From the NCBI RefSeq assembly GCF_003918875.1, contig NW_025765103.1, positions 1,426,001-1,490,000 of the forward strand: a DNA stretch of 64,000 nucleotides. The letters run 5' to 3'. Source of the DNA: Haliotis rubra (taxonomy: Eukaryota). A model generated the notes under the pieces. The model was not told where the DNA came from. It saw only the letters and a program-made list of their open reading frames with translations, and did not search any database. Shown here piece after piece: positions 11,980-24,465 of the stretch (positions are counted from its first letter, which is position 1; each line of letters opens with the position of its first letter). A program made the translations under genes and the position numbers.

Positions 11980-12819
11980 GGGCTTTTGGTGGATAAGTGT
12001 CACATTTAGGAAAATATCCGTAGTCTATCAGTCATCGTTAATCAGTTTACAGACCACTGCTCCGTTGTCAGTCACATCTCCGACAACAACTCTGCCGCGG
12101 AGTGGTGGTCATCACGTAGATTCGACCAAATTTCGCCTCTGATCCGTCCCTGCCGACCGTTACCCCGTACTGGAGTACGCCGGGCGGCGTTTTTCGTTTG
12201 AAGTTTCTTAAGAGCGGCGCCTTTGATGTTTCTCCGCTCCAATGGAATTGTTCCAACGTGCCCGAGGTGTTCTCGTGTTGTTTCGTGTTTCAAACCCCGC
12301 ACTAATAAGTGAGATCGTCTTTCTCTTACTGTTGAAGATAAAAGAGCGTGGTCCGGCCGGGTATACCTAATAGTATAGTCAGCGAGAAGAGGGCGGACGG
12401 AATTGTTGGCACGATTCTTCAAATACGGCCCAGCAAACGGTTCCCGTGTGGGTTCGTGGCTTTCTACCTAGTTATGATGAGGATGGATTTCTATTGATAT
12501 AAAGGATGTCCAGGTGACCAGTCACAAGGTGGCAGATATTGCTCTTTGCATCTGTTTTCTTCAGGCAATCAAAATTATTGGGACATCATGTATATGAATC
12601 ATTAGATAACAAACATGACCACACAGTTACAAAATGATGTTAATAACAACGCTGATGATAATGACGACATAACGAGCAATACATGAATGGTAACATGACA
12701 TCACCCACGACAATAAGAATATTGATAACAACAGAAACGATAACGATAATTACAATATCCTCAACTCATATGAATAAACAGGCAATGCTGATTACACTAC
12801 GCCTACACCCATACCTCCT

Positions 12820-12905
12820 CCTACTACTACTGCGACTGCTACTACTACTACTGCAGAGAAGGCTACTAGGGACTGTTACTGTTACTACTACTGTTACTAC
12901 TATTT

Positions 12906-12943
<38 letters not shown>

Positions 12944-12970
12944 GCGACTGCTACTACTACTACTACTACT
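12820..12970. repeat. (CTA)n microsatellite
   Basis: Direct observation. Confidence 0.95.
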
Positions 12971-13165
12971 CGTGAAGATCCGGGTTAGTCTTCAGCAACC
13001 TATGCTTGTAAAAGGCGCCAGGTCGCTGACCTGGTTAACACATGTCATCGTACTCCAATTGCGTAGTTCGATGCTCATGCTGTTGATCACTGGATTGTCT
13101 GGTCCAGACTCGATCATTTAAAAACTCAAATATTGCTGAGTGCAATGTTTAACAACAAACAAAAC
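12971..13165 (+). mobile_element. SINE family 2 (Nin-domain-like), degenerate
   Basis: CGTGAAGATCCGGGTTAG...ATGCTTGTAAAAGGCG...GATCACTGGATTGTCTGGTCCAGACTCG...AATATTGCTGAGTGC and a CAAA tail. Related decayed copies at 38763 (+) and 35525 (-). The family name is from recall. Confidence 0.65.
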
Positions 13166-13206
13166 AAATTACCATTAATATTACTATTACTGCTACTACT
13201 AGAACT

Positions 13207-13413
13207 NNNNNNNNNNNNNNNNNNNNNNNNNNNNNNNNNNNNNNNNNNNNNNNNNNNNNNNNNNNNNNNNNNNNNNNNNNNNNNNNNNNNNNNNNNNNNN
13301 NNNNNNNNNNNNNNNNNNNNNNNNNNNNNNNNNNNNNNNNNNNNNNNNNNNNNNNNNNNNNNNNNNNNNNNNNNNNNNNNNNNNNNNNNNNNNNNNNNNN
13401 NNNNNNNNNNNNN
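13207..13413. other. Assembly gap (207 N)
   Basis: Run of N. Confidence 1.
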
Positions 13414-14761
13414 TGGTCCGATCCGTAAAATGTTCGTGGCGCAACGACGTCCAAATCCACCTTCAGGGAGACCGAGCACAAATCCCTCGCAGGCAGACTG
13501 CCTGATGGAAAGACAGACAGACTAACTGAAAGAGTGAAATATCGTCATTTTGTCGAGTACTCAGGGTACCACACCTCCATTCTATATGATATAGTTCATG
13601 ATATAAGTATTTATCACGCCAGAATCGAAATTCATGACCCGCTAGGTAATTCAGGATGACCGAGCAATGTATCTATGTGGAGACGAACTCAAGGAACTAA
13701 AGAAGCGCTCTTAAAATATTGCGAGCTCTATTTATTTGAGACATCTCACCTACAGAAAGCTGATTTCTGAATAGCTTCACATTTGACCTTGTCAGCAATC
13801 AGCATAAATATTTCTGTTGATAGCAAACAAACTTGTCATAACGAGTTGACTTTAAGCATGTGGGGAAAAACGATATACTTCAATAGAACATCTCTATTAC
13901 GAATCGGCGAAGGAAGAAACACATGTTAGCTATGCTAACGCCGAACCATGTGATGCCGGGCACCTTGGGGTATAATATTAATTACAATCATCAGAATTAT
14001 TAGTTTATCTTTTCATAACCGATGTGTGAAGAGTATTCGTTCATGTAACACGCCCTGTCGTCAAGGCAGAGTAACAACATCCGCCTACAGAGTTGAATCT
14101 CGGAGTCTTATTTGCTTGATTCTCAAAAATCTTCTACCCGTCTTCCTCACGCTGAACCAGCAACTACAAACCATCCTTACTTAACGTAGGTAATCATTAA
14201 GTTTATTTCATTTCTACCATGGCTAAATCTACCACTGGTATTGCCAACTCGTGGAGAAGATGAATGAAAGAGTTGGCGAGTGGATGAATCGTGAATGAAT
14301 GGATGTCTGAGCGGGTGAGTGAATGAAAGGTGATTAGTATGACTATGTTTGTGTCTGTATATTCCGAGTGACCAATGAATGTGTGAGTAGATGAATGGGT
14401 CAGGTTAAAAAGGTAACTACGTCGATGAAAGTAGTCGCTCTGCATCGTATGTAAAGTCAAAATCTACGTCAAGGTAGATCCCGCTGCAGTATATACAACC
14501 GGAAACCAAATATAGATATCCATCGTCCGTATACCAATCACTGTTGACTTGTCAACACTCACGGTTACCTAGGGAACCGATTGTAGAAAAGTAAAGGTAA
14601 TGTAACAAAGATACAGCCGAGGTCTAACTTTTTCATATGTTTATATAAATCGAATGTACTGAGTGTGAAGACGTTGTGTATATCTGTTGTCCATTCCTGC
14701 ACCTCTGAACCATGACTCGTGTACGGTTCCTTTATATTATCTGTCTATCATTATAATATTT

Positions 14762-14873
14762 GAGTGAGTGAGTGAATGATTGAGTGGGTATGGTTGCACC
14801 TCTATTCCAACGGCATCAGCTTAGTAGGAATGGGCTTCACAGAAACACTTGAACCACTCGGCTACCTACCGCC
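14762..14873 (-). mobile_element. Decayed family-1 SINE remnant
   Basis: (GAGT)n tail, AATGGGCTTCAC and AACCACTCGGCTACC motifs match 8418-8591. Confidence 0.55.
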
Positions 14874-14901
14874 TAGGTACTTGATGTATCACGGTAGTTT
14901 C

Positions 14902-14972
14902 CATTCGTAACTACTCGCCTCTTTCCGTGACCTACAAGAAGCTTGCCGGAATGACACGAGTAGTTACGAATG
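14902..14972. mobile_element. 71 bp MITE with 9 bp TSD (Mutator-like)
   Basis: Perfect 16 bp TIR CATTCGTAACTACTCG / CGAGTAGTTACGAATG; direct repeat GGTAGTTTC at 14893-14901 and 14973-14981. Confidence 0.85.
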
Positions 14973-15436
14973 GGTAGTTTCTCGACGAGTCCGCAGTTCT
15001 ATGGTGCTGTTAAAATAGCGGGATATACACAGTGTGGTTTAAGACTAGTAGTTCAGACAGTATAGTTACTTTGCAGGGATTCAAACAGCATAGAAGTGCA
15101 CCATCTATTTGGTTTAGTATTCCCCTGGTGTTACAGTGACAAGCAATCCTCAATGCCAGCCCATTAAGTGGTCTCGATTGACTAACATCGCTTGCTGGAG
15201 ACCATTTAAAGCCCGGAATTCGGATCGATTCAAAGTGTACTGAACACGTAGTGTTAGGGGTTGTTGTTTTCTCATGCTGACATGTAGTGGGTCACTCTCC
15301 AGACGTGATGAAGCTTCGGCTTGATGCCTGTGAGCATCTGAAGGGGTCTGATGCAAAACTCACATTGTTGAAAGACAGATCGTGTATTTGGATTCGGCAC
15401 ATTTCCAATAGACAGCCACATTGCGATATTGGTGTA

Positions 15437-16127
15437 GAGGCGCCCACAAGGAACTTTGCCCACAAGAAACCTTGCCCACATAAACTTTGCCCACAAGGAA
15501 CTCTGTCCACATAAACTTTGCCCACAAGGAACTCTGCTCACAAGGACCTCTTTTCACAAGGAGCTCTGCCCACAAGGAACTCTGACTACAACAATTATTA
15601 AGGGGATGACCGTTGCCCACAACATAATTTTTGCCTACCTTAATATTCACCTTAATACTCAAGATATATTGTTATAAAAGAGATCAAACATTAATACTTA
15701 CCTTTCTACTCACCCACCTTAATACTCTGCCCAGGGTATATTGTTATAAAGGAGATCAAACATTAATACTTACCTTTCTACTCACCCACTTTAATACTCT
15801 GCTCAAGATATAATGTTTTAAAAGAGATCAAACATTAATTATTATTGCTTTTCACCAAAGTTTCTCTGCTGCTTTGTATTTCATTTTCTAATTTTAATTA
15901 ATACTTAATACTAATACTTGATACACCTCAATACTAAAAGCTATTCATGTTTTACTCTATCAATGTGCCTGATATTATATACCGTTTCTGTGTAGTTCAA
16001 TAAAATAATACATATTTATTTTATATAATGTATCATTATGGTGGACAAAGCTCCTCCCATTGTACAAATTGTGATGGGCAAAGTTCCTTGTGGGCAAAGT
16101 TTCTGTGGGCAAAGTTCCGTGATCCTC
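15437..16127. mobile_element. Non-autonomous foldback-type DNA element with subterminal repeats
   Basis: GAGG...CCTC ends. Tandem GGAACTTTGCCCACA repeats at the left end are inverted (TGTGGGCAAAGTTCC) at the right end. AT-rich core with an ~80 bp internal duplication. Confidence 0.75.
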
Positions 16128-16194
16128 TGAGACACATTAAACGCAGCTATCGGCTGGCCTGACATTTTGCTAGTCATCAGTGATTACGTCTTCT

Positions 16195-16927
16195 CATATG
16201 GAACTTGGTAGGTATTCTCTTCGTGTTCATCAGTACGTTAAAAATATTTAATATTGGGTAATGTTGCTGTTCCAAGAAGATAATGTTATTGTACACAAAG
16301 CTTATAAGTTTCAATATAGTTTGGCATTAAATGTTAAAAACTTGTTGTTAAGTTACGGATTTGGCTATGTATGGGTTAATCAAGATGTAGGTTGTATTAA
16401 CAGTTTTATTTCAAGTTTTAAGGAAAGGTGTATTGCCATTGATAACTAGTGTTTGTTTGAAAGCATATCAAGTTACTCCAAACTTCGGTTATATAAATCT
16501 GTTAAAAGTGAAATTAAATGTGAGGATTATTTATTGCTAATTACTGTACCAGTTTACCGTATGCACTCAGTAAGCTCCGATGCTTTACTCATCAACTGCT
16601 AATCGAGGAAGGACGAAAGATCGGCCGAGCATGGAGCGAAAGATTATGCCCTTTTTGTAGTGTACCCATTATTGGGTCTGAATATGACTTCTGCTTAGAA
16701 TGTAATTTGTATAATAATCTTCGTCAGGACCTTCTCCCTAGATATTATTACTCTTCTCCATCTCTCCATACATTTGTACAATTGTTGTCATCTTATAATG
16801 CTTCTCTTATTAATAACTTAGCTAAATATGTATTTCTAGCTTTTAAGTAACTTTCAAAAAAATTCAACTAAATTGATGCAATGTGGAATCTAACGGCGCT
16901 TAATCATCTCTTATACATCATTTTGTG
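16195..16927 (+). mobile_element. 5'-truncated LINE (RTEX-like) ORF2 C-terminus, pseudogenised
   Basis: ELGRYSLRVHQYVKIFKYW...LLLSYGFGYVW...QLLIEEGR...ERLCPFC...LECNLYNNLR (degenerate CCHC finger), with stops and frameshifts. The 3' end continues at 18367-18423 (TGGGCCGGTGGCC...AATAAA). Confidence 0.8.
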
Positions 16928-16929
16928 TA

Positions 16930-18364
16930 CTAGGCACAAAAGAAACTGTGCATACAAAAATTTAAATCTAAATTTATCAAACCTGTGTAAACACATAAGG
17001 ATTTAAACTCAGAGATTAGTTACATGTATCCAACATGCATGCACGTGCCACGTTCCGTGACGTCAGTGGGTTCGTCCTTGAGACGTGCAATACGTATTGC
17101 ACGTGCATTCCGGGAAAGAGAAACAGAGCAAATGAATGCCACACAATACTGCCACTTTGGAAAGCTCAACCCCTGCCCTTGCGATCGTTCAAAAAATCAA
17201 ACGGCTATTGAAATGCATAGCATGCCAAGGGTCACGTCTGCACAACGTCATGAGGCCATTGGGATGGTCCGTGGGGGAATGTCTCAACGACAAGTGGCTG
17301 CACATTTCCACTGCCACCGGAACACCATTTCTGCACTGGTGAGACGCTACCAGAACACAAATGACGTCATCGATCGGCCACGTTTTGGACGTCCACGTGT
17401 AACAACGCCAAGACAGGACAGATGGATAAGGGTGACCCATCTCTGACACAGGTTTCAGACTGCAGTGATGACTGCCCGAATCATTCCAGGACTTCGCCGT
17501 ATCCACCGCAACACAGTTCGACAACGTCTATGTCATCACGGGATCAGACCACGACGTCCCGCCATACGGCCTATCCTGACACAACGTGGTGCCGAAATCA
17601 TGTCCGCAGACCCTTGTTTTGGTGGAGAAATGTTGTTTTTACAGATGAGGCCAGGTTTAACATTTCCGATAGTGATGGACGTCAACGTGCCTATAGACGG
17701 GTGGGAGAACGTTATGCACAGGCCTGTGACTTGAAGAGGAATCGCTTTGGTGGTGGTTCCGTGATGATTTGGGGTGGAATAACAGCACGCCAAAGAACTC
17801 CTTTGGTGATTGTTCAGGGCAACTTAACTGGTGTGGGCTACAGGGATCAGATTCTTCGACCTGGGCAATTCCTTTTGTGTAACGTCATGGCCCTGGGTTA
17901 ACATTCCAACAGGACAATGCCCGCCCTCACACGGCAAGGGTTGCTATTGATTTCTTGCAACACCACAACGTTGACTTACTGCCTTGGCCTGCAAATTCAC
18001 CGGATCTCTCCCCGATAGAGCATGTTTGGGACGAGATGGATCGACGTCTACGCCGTCTTCCTCATCCGCCAGATAACGTCCTTGACCTTGCAACAGAACT
18101 TGAGAGAATCTGGCGTCGTCGATGCACTGCTGTTCTCAATGCCGATGGTGGACATACCCGTTATTGAGCTTGTGACATGGCCGTTTGACCCCTGTCCCAC
18201 TTGTGGACTCGTGACGTCATTGTGATTGACTTTTCAATTGTAATTCTCCCAACTTGTTATGGTCTCATGATCCCTCCATTAAAGTATATGTACCTTTGAC
18301 ATTGTTATCGTACTTATCAACTGGGATAATATTTTGACAATGCACAGTTTCTTTATGTGGCTAG
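16930..18364 (+). mobile_element. Full-length Tc1-family DNA transposon (dead)
   Basis: Imperfect ~24 bp TIR CTAGGCACAAAAGAAACTGTGCAT / ATGCACAGTTTCTTTATGTGGCTAG with a TA TSD at both ends. Confidence 0.95.
17222..18167 (+). pseudogene. Tc1 DD34E transposase pseudogene
   Basis: Paired-like HTH with GRPR, FTDEARF, QQDNARPH and SPDLSPIE (34 residues between D and E). Premature TGA at 17444-17446, frameshifts and deletions. Confidence 0.95.
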
Positions 18365-19282
18365 TATATGTACCTGTATAATGGGCCGGTGGCCCCTTTA
18401 CTTAAATAAACACAGTTTCACTCATATGCACAGATGAAATACTATAAGGAAACTCTTGACTTCTCTGTAACTTTATGGGAAAAGGTCATAGCTTCAATTC
18501 TTCATAGATGTTGTTATATAATTAAACGACCGTCTCCCTGTAGCGGAACGTGCCGAGTCTACCCGAATAGGAGCCCCGATTAATCTCTGTGAGAATATCT
18601 TCGATCCAGAGACTGAGCATAATCTGCGCTAGTTTGTTTGAAGGACCAAATCAATCACAGACAAACAGCCTTTCCACAGTATTGGTACCACAAAGGAGTG
18701 GATGCATTGTTACCGCGAGGGATTTGGTTATAAGAGAAATACACAGATCTGTAGAGGCCGCGCGACAACAGACGCTGGAGTTTGAATAATTCACACACAT
18801 ATCGACGTGTATATTAACTCTATGGAAATATGGAACATGTGACTCAGGCGTATGTTATTCTGATGCATTGTCCATTATAGAATTGTTTGTATTAATATGT
18901 TGCCTGTATGATCCTATCGCTACACTGCTATTGTCCAGCACAAGTTCCATATCGACTGACATGGATTATTTTGGTTTTATGAAATAGAAACTTATGAAAA
19001 AGTACAGTTTTTCTAGATTTCGCCAAACGTATCAAAATGCAACTTCGGGCACATCTTCTCAACTCAGAAGTGTTTTGCTCCTTATTAGCGACATCATACC
19101 TCATGTAACGTAATGGCGCATCTAGGAGAAAATATATGTTAGCCAAGTACTGTTGCCTGCATATCATTTCGTCCACCCTACGCGGACGTTGGCGCTCAAG
19201 CATACCAAGGGCGGGCCCCACAGTTGCTACACATGGAGATTCAACATAAACTCATGCTGGTACTTGACGATACTGATGGCGG

Positions 19283-20250
19283 ATAGCAATACTTCTCAGT
19301 ATCTATAGGCAATACTTCCCAGTATCTATAGGCAATACTTCCCAGTATCTATAGTCAATACGTCCCAGTATCTATAGGCAATACTTCCCAGTATCTATAG
19401 TATCTATCTATAGGCAATACTTCCCAGTATCTATAGGCAATACTTCTCAGTATCTATAGGCAATGCTTCCCAGTATCTATAGGCAATACTTCCCAGTATC
19501 TATAGGCAATGCTTCCCAGTATCTATAAGGCAATACTTCCCAGTATCTATAGGCAATACTTCCCAGTATCTATAGGCAATACTTCCCAGTATCTATAGGC
19601 AATACTTCCCAGTATCTATAGGCAATACTTCTTCCTATAGGCAATGCTTCCCAGTATCTATAGGCAATACTTCCCAGTATCTATAGGCAATACTTCCCCA
19701 GTATCTATAGGCAATATCCCAGTATCAATACTTCCCAGTATCTATAGGCAATACTTCCCAGTATCTATAGGTAATACTTCTCAGTATCTATAGGCAATAC
19801 TTCCCAGTATCTATAGGCAATACTTCCCAGTATCTATAGGTAATACTTCCCAGTATCTATAGGCAATACTTCCCAGTATCTATAGGCAATACTTCCCAGT
19901 ATCTATAGGCAATACTTCCCAGTATCTATAAGTACTTCCCAGTATCTATAGGCAATACTTCCCAGTATCTATAGGCAATACTTCCCAGTATCTATAGGTA
20001 ATACTTCCCAGTATCTATAAGTAATACTTCCCAGTATCTATAGGCAATACTTCCCAGTATCTATAAGTAATACTTCCCAGTATCTATAGGCAATGCTTCC
20101 CAGTATCTATAAGTAATACTTCCCAGTATCTATAGGCAATACTTCCCAGTATCTATAGGCAATAGTTCCCAGTATCTATAAGTAATACTTCCCAGTATCT
20201 ATAGGCAATACTTCCCAGTATCTAAAGGCAATACTTCCCAGTATCTATAG
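19283..20250. repeat. 23 bp minisatellite (GGCAATACTTCCCAGTATCTATA)
   Basis: About 40 tandem copies; the last ~5 recur at 24466-24580. Confidence 0.97.
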
Positions 20251-20867
20251 TTAATACGTACGATTATCTACAGGCAATAGTATTCAGTATACACAGGCAA
20301 TTTCCTTTGTATTGACTACGGACACTGTGTACACCAGTTCTCAGATTCGATCTTTAGTAATGGGATGAAAAAAAAGAAATATGATTCAGGGATATTTATC
20401 GTTTTATTCTCCTGCCTTGGCCGGCGATAAATCTTTGTCTCGAAGCTGTGGAGTATGACATGCAGCCGGCCTATGCTTATTGATAGCGGTGAGTTCTCGG
20501 TTGATAAGGTAGTCAATTTACCCATAACCAGCTGATAGCCATTTGTCCCGTACAATGGAATTAATCTCATTTCGTGTGATGGATATATCTGTACACAATC
20601 AGTTGTACTTGTCGTTGCTGAGTTAGATCGATCACGCTCACAAACGGACTGTAATTATTACGCCGCTTCGTCTTAATCATTATGAATGTTATCGATATTT
20701 CTTTAAGATTCTGTTTTTGGAGATTGTCAAACAAACTATTTTAAGAATTTCGAAAGAAAGGTAGTTGTTTTTGAAAGTTATTTTGAAAACACCAAGAGTT
20801 CATTACTTCCTTTTGCGCGTCATGTTCGTGAGGCAGTCTTACAGGCTGGCCGAGGATCTTCAATCAT

Positions 20868-22300
20868 CACTGTCCCCTGACATTTGACCCCCGTGATGAC
20901 ATCCAGTCATCCAGTCTGACATTTACCCCGTCATGACATACACTGTCTGACATTTACCCTGTAATGACATCCATTGTCTCATTTACATCACCCAGTCTGA
21001 CATTTACCCGTCTCACATGACTGTGATGACATCCATTGTCTGACATTTACCCTGTGATGACATTTACCCTGTGATGACATCCACTGTCTGATATTTACCG
21101 TGTGATGACATCCATTGTCTCACATTTACCCTGTAATGATATCCACAGTCCGACATTTACCCTGTGATGACATCCACTGTCTCACATTTACCCTGTGATG
21201 ACATCCACTGTCTGACATTAACACTGTGATGACATCCATTGTCTCACATTTACCCTCCAATGACATCCACTGTCTGATATTTACCCTGTGATGACATCCA
21301 CTGTCTGACATTTACACTGTAATGACATCCACTGTCTGACATTTTCCCATGATGACATCCACTGTCTCACATTTACCCTGTGATGACATCCATTGTCTGA
21401 CATTTACCCTGTGATGACATTCACTGTCTGACATTTACCCTGTGATGACATCCACTGTCTCACATTTACCCTGTGATGACATCCATTGTCTGACATTTAC
21501 CTTGGATGACATTCACTGTCTGTCATTTACCCTGTGATGACATCCATTGTCTCACATTTACCCTTTGATGATATCCACTGTCGGTTCGACATGTGATGAC
21601 ATCCACTGTCTCATCCCTGTGATGACATCCATTGTCTCACATTTACCCTGATGATATCATTTCACATTTACCCTGTGATGACATCCACTGTCTGACATTA
21701 ACCTGTGATGACATCCATTGTCTCACATTTACCCTGTGATGACATCCACTGTCTGACATTTACCCTGTGATGACATCCACTGTCTGACATTTACCCTGTG
21801 ATGACATCCACTGTCTGACATTTACCCCATGATGACATCCACTGTCTGACATTTACCCATGATGACATCCACTGTCTGACATTTACCCTGTGATGACATC
21901 CATTGTCTCACATTTACCCCGTGATGACATACACTGTCTCACATTTACCCTGTGATGACATCCATTGTCTCACATTTACCCTGTGATGACATCCACTGTC
22001 TGTCATTTACCCTGTGATGACATCAACTGTCTTACATTCACCCTGTATCACATCCACTGTCTGAATTTACCCTGTGATGACATCCACTGTCCGACATTTA
22101 CCCTCGTTGATATCCACTGTCTGACATTTACCCTGTAATGACATCCACTGTCTGATATTTACCTGTGATGACATCCAGTCTGACATTTACCCTTTATGAC
22201 ATTGTCTGACATGTGTATGAACCCAGTCTAACTTTACCCTGTGATGACACCCACTGACATTTACCCTGTAATGACATCTACTGTCCGGCATTTACCCATG
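20868..22300. repeat. 31 bp minisatellite (TGATGACATCCACTGTCTGACATTTACCCTG), copy 1
   Basis: Tandem array. Confidence 0.95.
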
Positions 22301-23110
22301 GTCAGGGTTCATTTATCTCTAAGTCTTCGATCTCCTCGTTATAACTGATTTTTCCTGACAGATGTGCCAGGCCGTCGGTTTCCATGTTAGAACCAGGTAA
22401 CTTGACAGAAGTGTCTGTCGGGTCAGGCAACAGGTTGTCATGTCGTCCATTTCGTCACATATTTCGACGTTACACGTGGGTTTACTTGTGAAAATGTCAT
22501 CGCCACATTACAATGAGGTTTTCCTGACTGGTCAGCGTTTCAGGTTTGTGACATGTGTCGGGTCATATATATTGTGGCGACGTATTTAGTCTTCAGCAAC
22601 ACCCAGGGTATTGAGGTTTAACATGAACAATAACAATCGAAGGTATAAAAATGTAGTGCCCAATAAATCTGTGGTTTTGTGAGCAATTAACATTCTCACA
22701 TGACACTTAGTAGGTACTGTAAGCCTTCGACATACCAACCAACATGAATACATTGAGAAACATAAACACTGGTGTTCCTGCTCTGGCCTACTGTCCACGT
22801 GGCCCCTGGGTGTGAAGCGACCCAATGACAACACACACGACACTTGAGTCCTCGTGTTAATTGAGTAGATATAGATCATTATTATAAACTGCCGCTGTCT
22901 ATAGCCCAGCCATGCACACCGATAAATGTCTATACACACAACGCTATGGCGTGCACAGGCTATTAACACCACTTCCAAGTGTCGGTAGGTTTTCAAGAAA
23001 TGCAAGATGCCGTAAACGAATCTGATAAAAGTTGATCGTTGATAAGTTACGTATTTCTTGTAAAGGTACACCAACTTTGACATACAATCCGAATCCTCAC
23101 AACCATATAT

Positions 23111-23172
23111 ACTCACTCACTCACTCACTCACTCACTCACTCACGCACTCACTCACTCACTCACTCACTCAC
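23111..23172. repeat. (ACTC)n microsatellite; shorter counterpart at ~27205-27235
   Basis: Direct observation. Confidence 0.95.
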
Positions 23173-24014
23173 CCAATGCGTGATGTTTTATATGTTTCAA
23201 CATAACACCTCCTCTGAAGCCAATACAGAACCCGTTGTTGCTTTACCTCCCTTTCAGCGTGGAGAGGGAGAGATATTGTATGGACAACAGCCTGTCCGCC
23301 ACATCACGCTGTTCCAGGGTCTGCGCCATGGAGAAGAACCTTCAGCGTTGTCTTACGTTGATGGCACAACAAGAGAAGGAACAGACCACGGGTAATAAGC
23401 CCAGCTGGATTGGTGAAGATCATGGCAGCCGACGGTTGGCGGGATCAATGGATCTCCCTGGACAACTATTGTCTGCAAGCTGGTAAGGTGCCACAGGCTG
23501 CACCTCTGCAAGGGTAATAATCGGCTGACGCTGGAAAAGGTCAATCTCAGAGCAAGACAGTGCTTCTGAAATCTGCAACAAGCAAAACGATCAATGACAG
23601 TAAAGAAGATGGAGAGACTCGTGGAACACTCTCTGACACAGAGAGTCAACCGTTGACAATGACGGTGCAGGAGCTGAGCAAAGTCACCTTGTAGGAGTCA
23701 GCCATAGGCGTCATCCACGTGCGGAATGCGGGTTAATGCTGAACCATCTGCATGACCTTCTGTGTCAGTGCTTGAAAGAGGAAGCGGTGCTCCAGGACAT
23801 GAACATGAAACTGCAACATCTTTAATTTGTCCAAACATTTGAGTGATTCTTAAGAGATTTATTGTCAGAGTGCATTTTGTAACAGCGCAGAAAAAACAAT
23901 CTACAACCAACATCATCTCACTCTTACAACTTGGGGAAAATTGGAGCGATCAGGATTTGACATTTTGATTGTAAGATTGCGAGGACTTTAAACATCTTCA
24001 GTGGTTTCACAACA

Positions 24015-24460
24015 GGGCTGTGTACTTGTCCAACCACTCTTCCCTGTCATGCTGAAGCACGGCTTCGGACCCTCTACACAACATCGGATGGGAAACCGTT
24101 CGGTCTGGTACACAGGGAACCAAAGTATATAGGGACAACGTGGCTCTGGCCACCAATCTGGAGAAAGAGCTGTGAAACCTCATGAGCCGCATGTCAGCTT
24201 GTAGAAGACTTTGCCCATGACTTTGAACAACATCCAACGATCCTCGTCCTGCTGCAACAGCCCGACTTTATATCGCTGCCTAGAGGTGGGAGGAACTCAT
24301 CGCCGACCGGGTCCCATGGAAACCAGGAGCTCAGGATAGTACTAAGTTGCCGAAGAACTCAGCGGAAGAACAGACAGACACCAGCAAACTCCATCAACAA
24401 GTACAGCCGCTATATGACCTTCTCGAGAAGTAATGTCCAGTCACAAACAGCGCTCTCTTG
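24015..24460 (+). mobile_element. Highly decayed RTE-clade LINE relic (duplicated at ~28072-28516)
   Basis: Broken frames LFPVMLKHGFGPST / TSDGKPF / DNVALATNLEKEL*NLMSR (the region after RT FADD) and RWEELIADRVPWK (RTE C-terminal motif). Confidence 0.65.
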
Positions 24461-24465
24461 TGAGT

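Larger units (their letters stand above)
20135..24465. repeat. Tandem segmental duplication, copy 1 (~4.3 kb)
   Basis: Collinear with 24466-28521; ORF pairs such as 20316/24646 are offset by 4330. Confidence 0.95.

Noticed and set aside
13126-13525. ORFs spanning the N run
   Set aside because: Gap artefacts.
23354-23360. In-frame TGA as selenocysteine
   Set aside because: Further TAA stops occur in the same frame; no redox motif and no SECIS evident.
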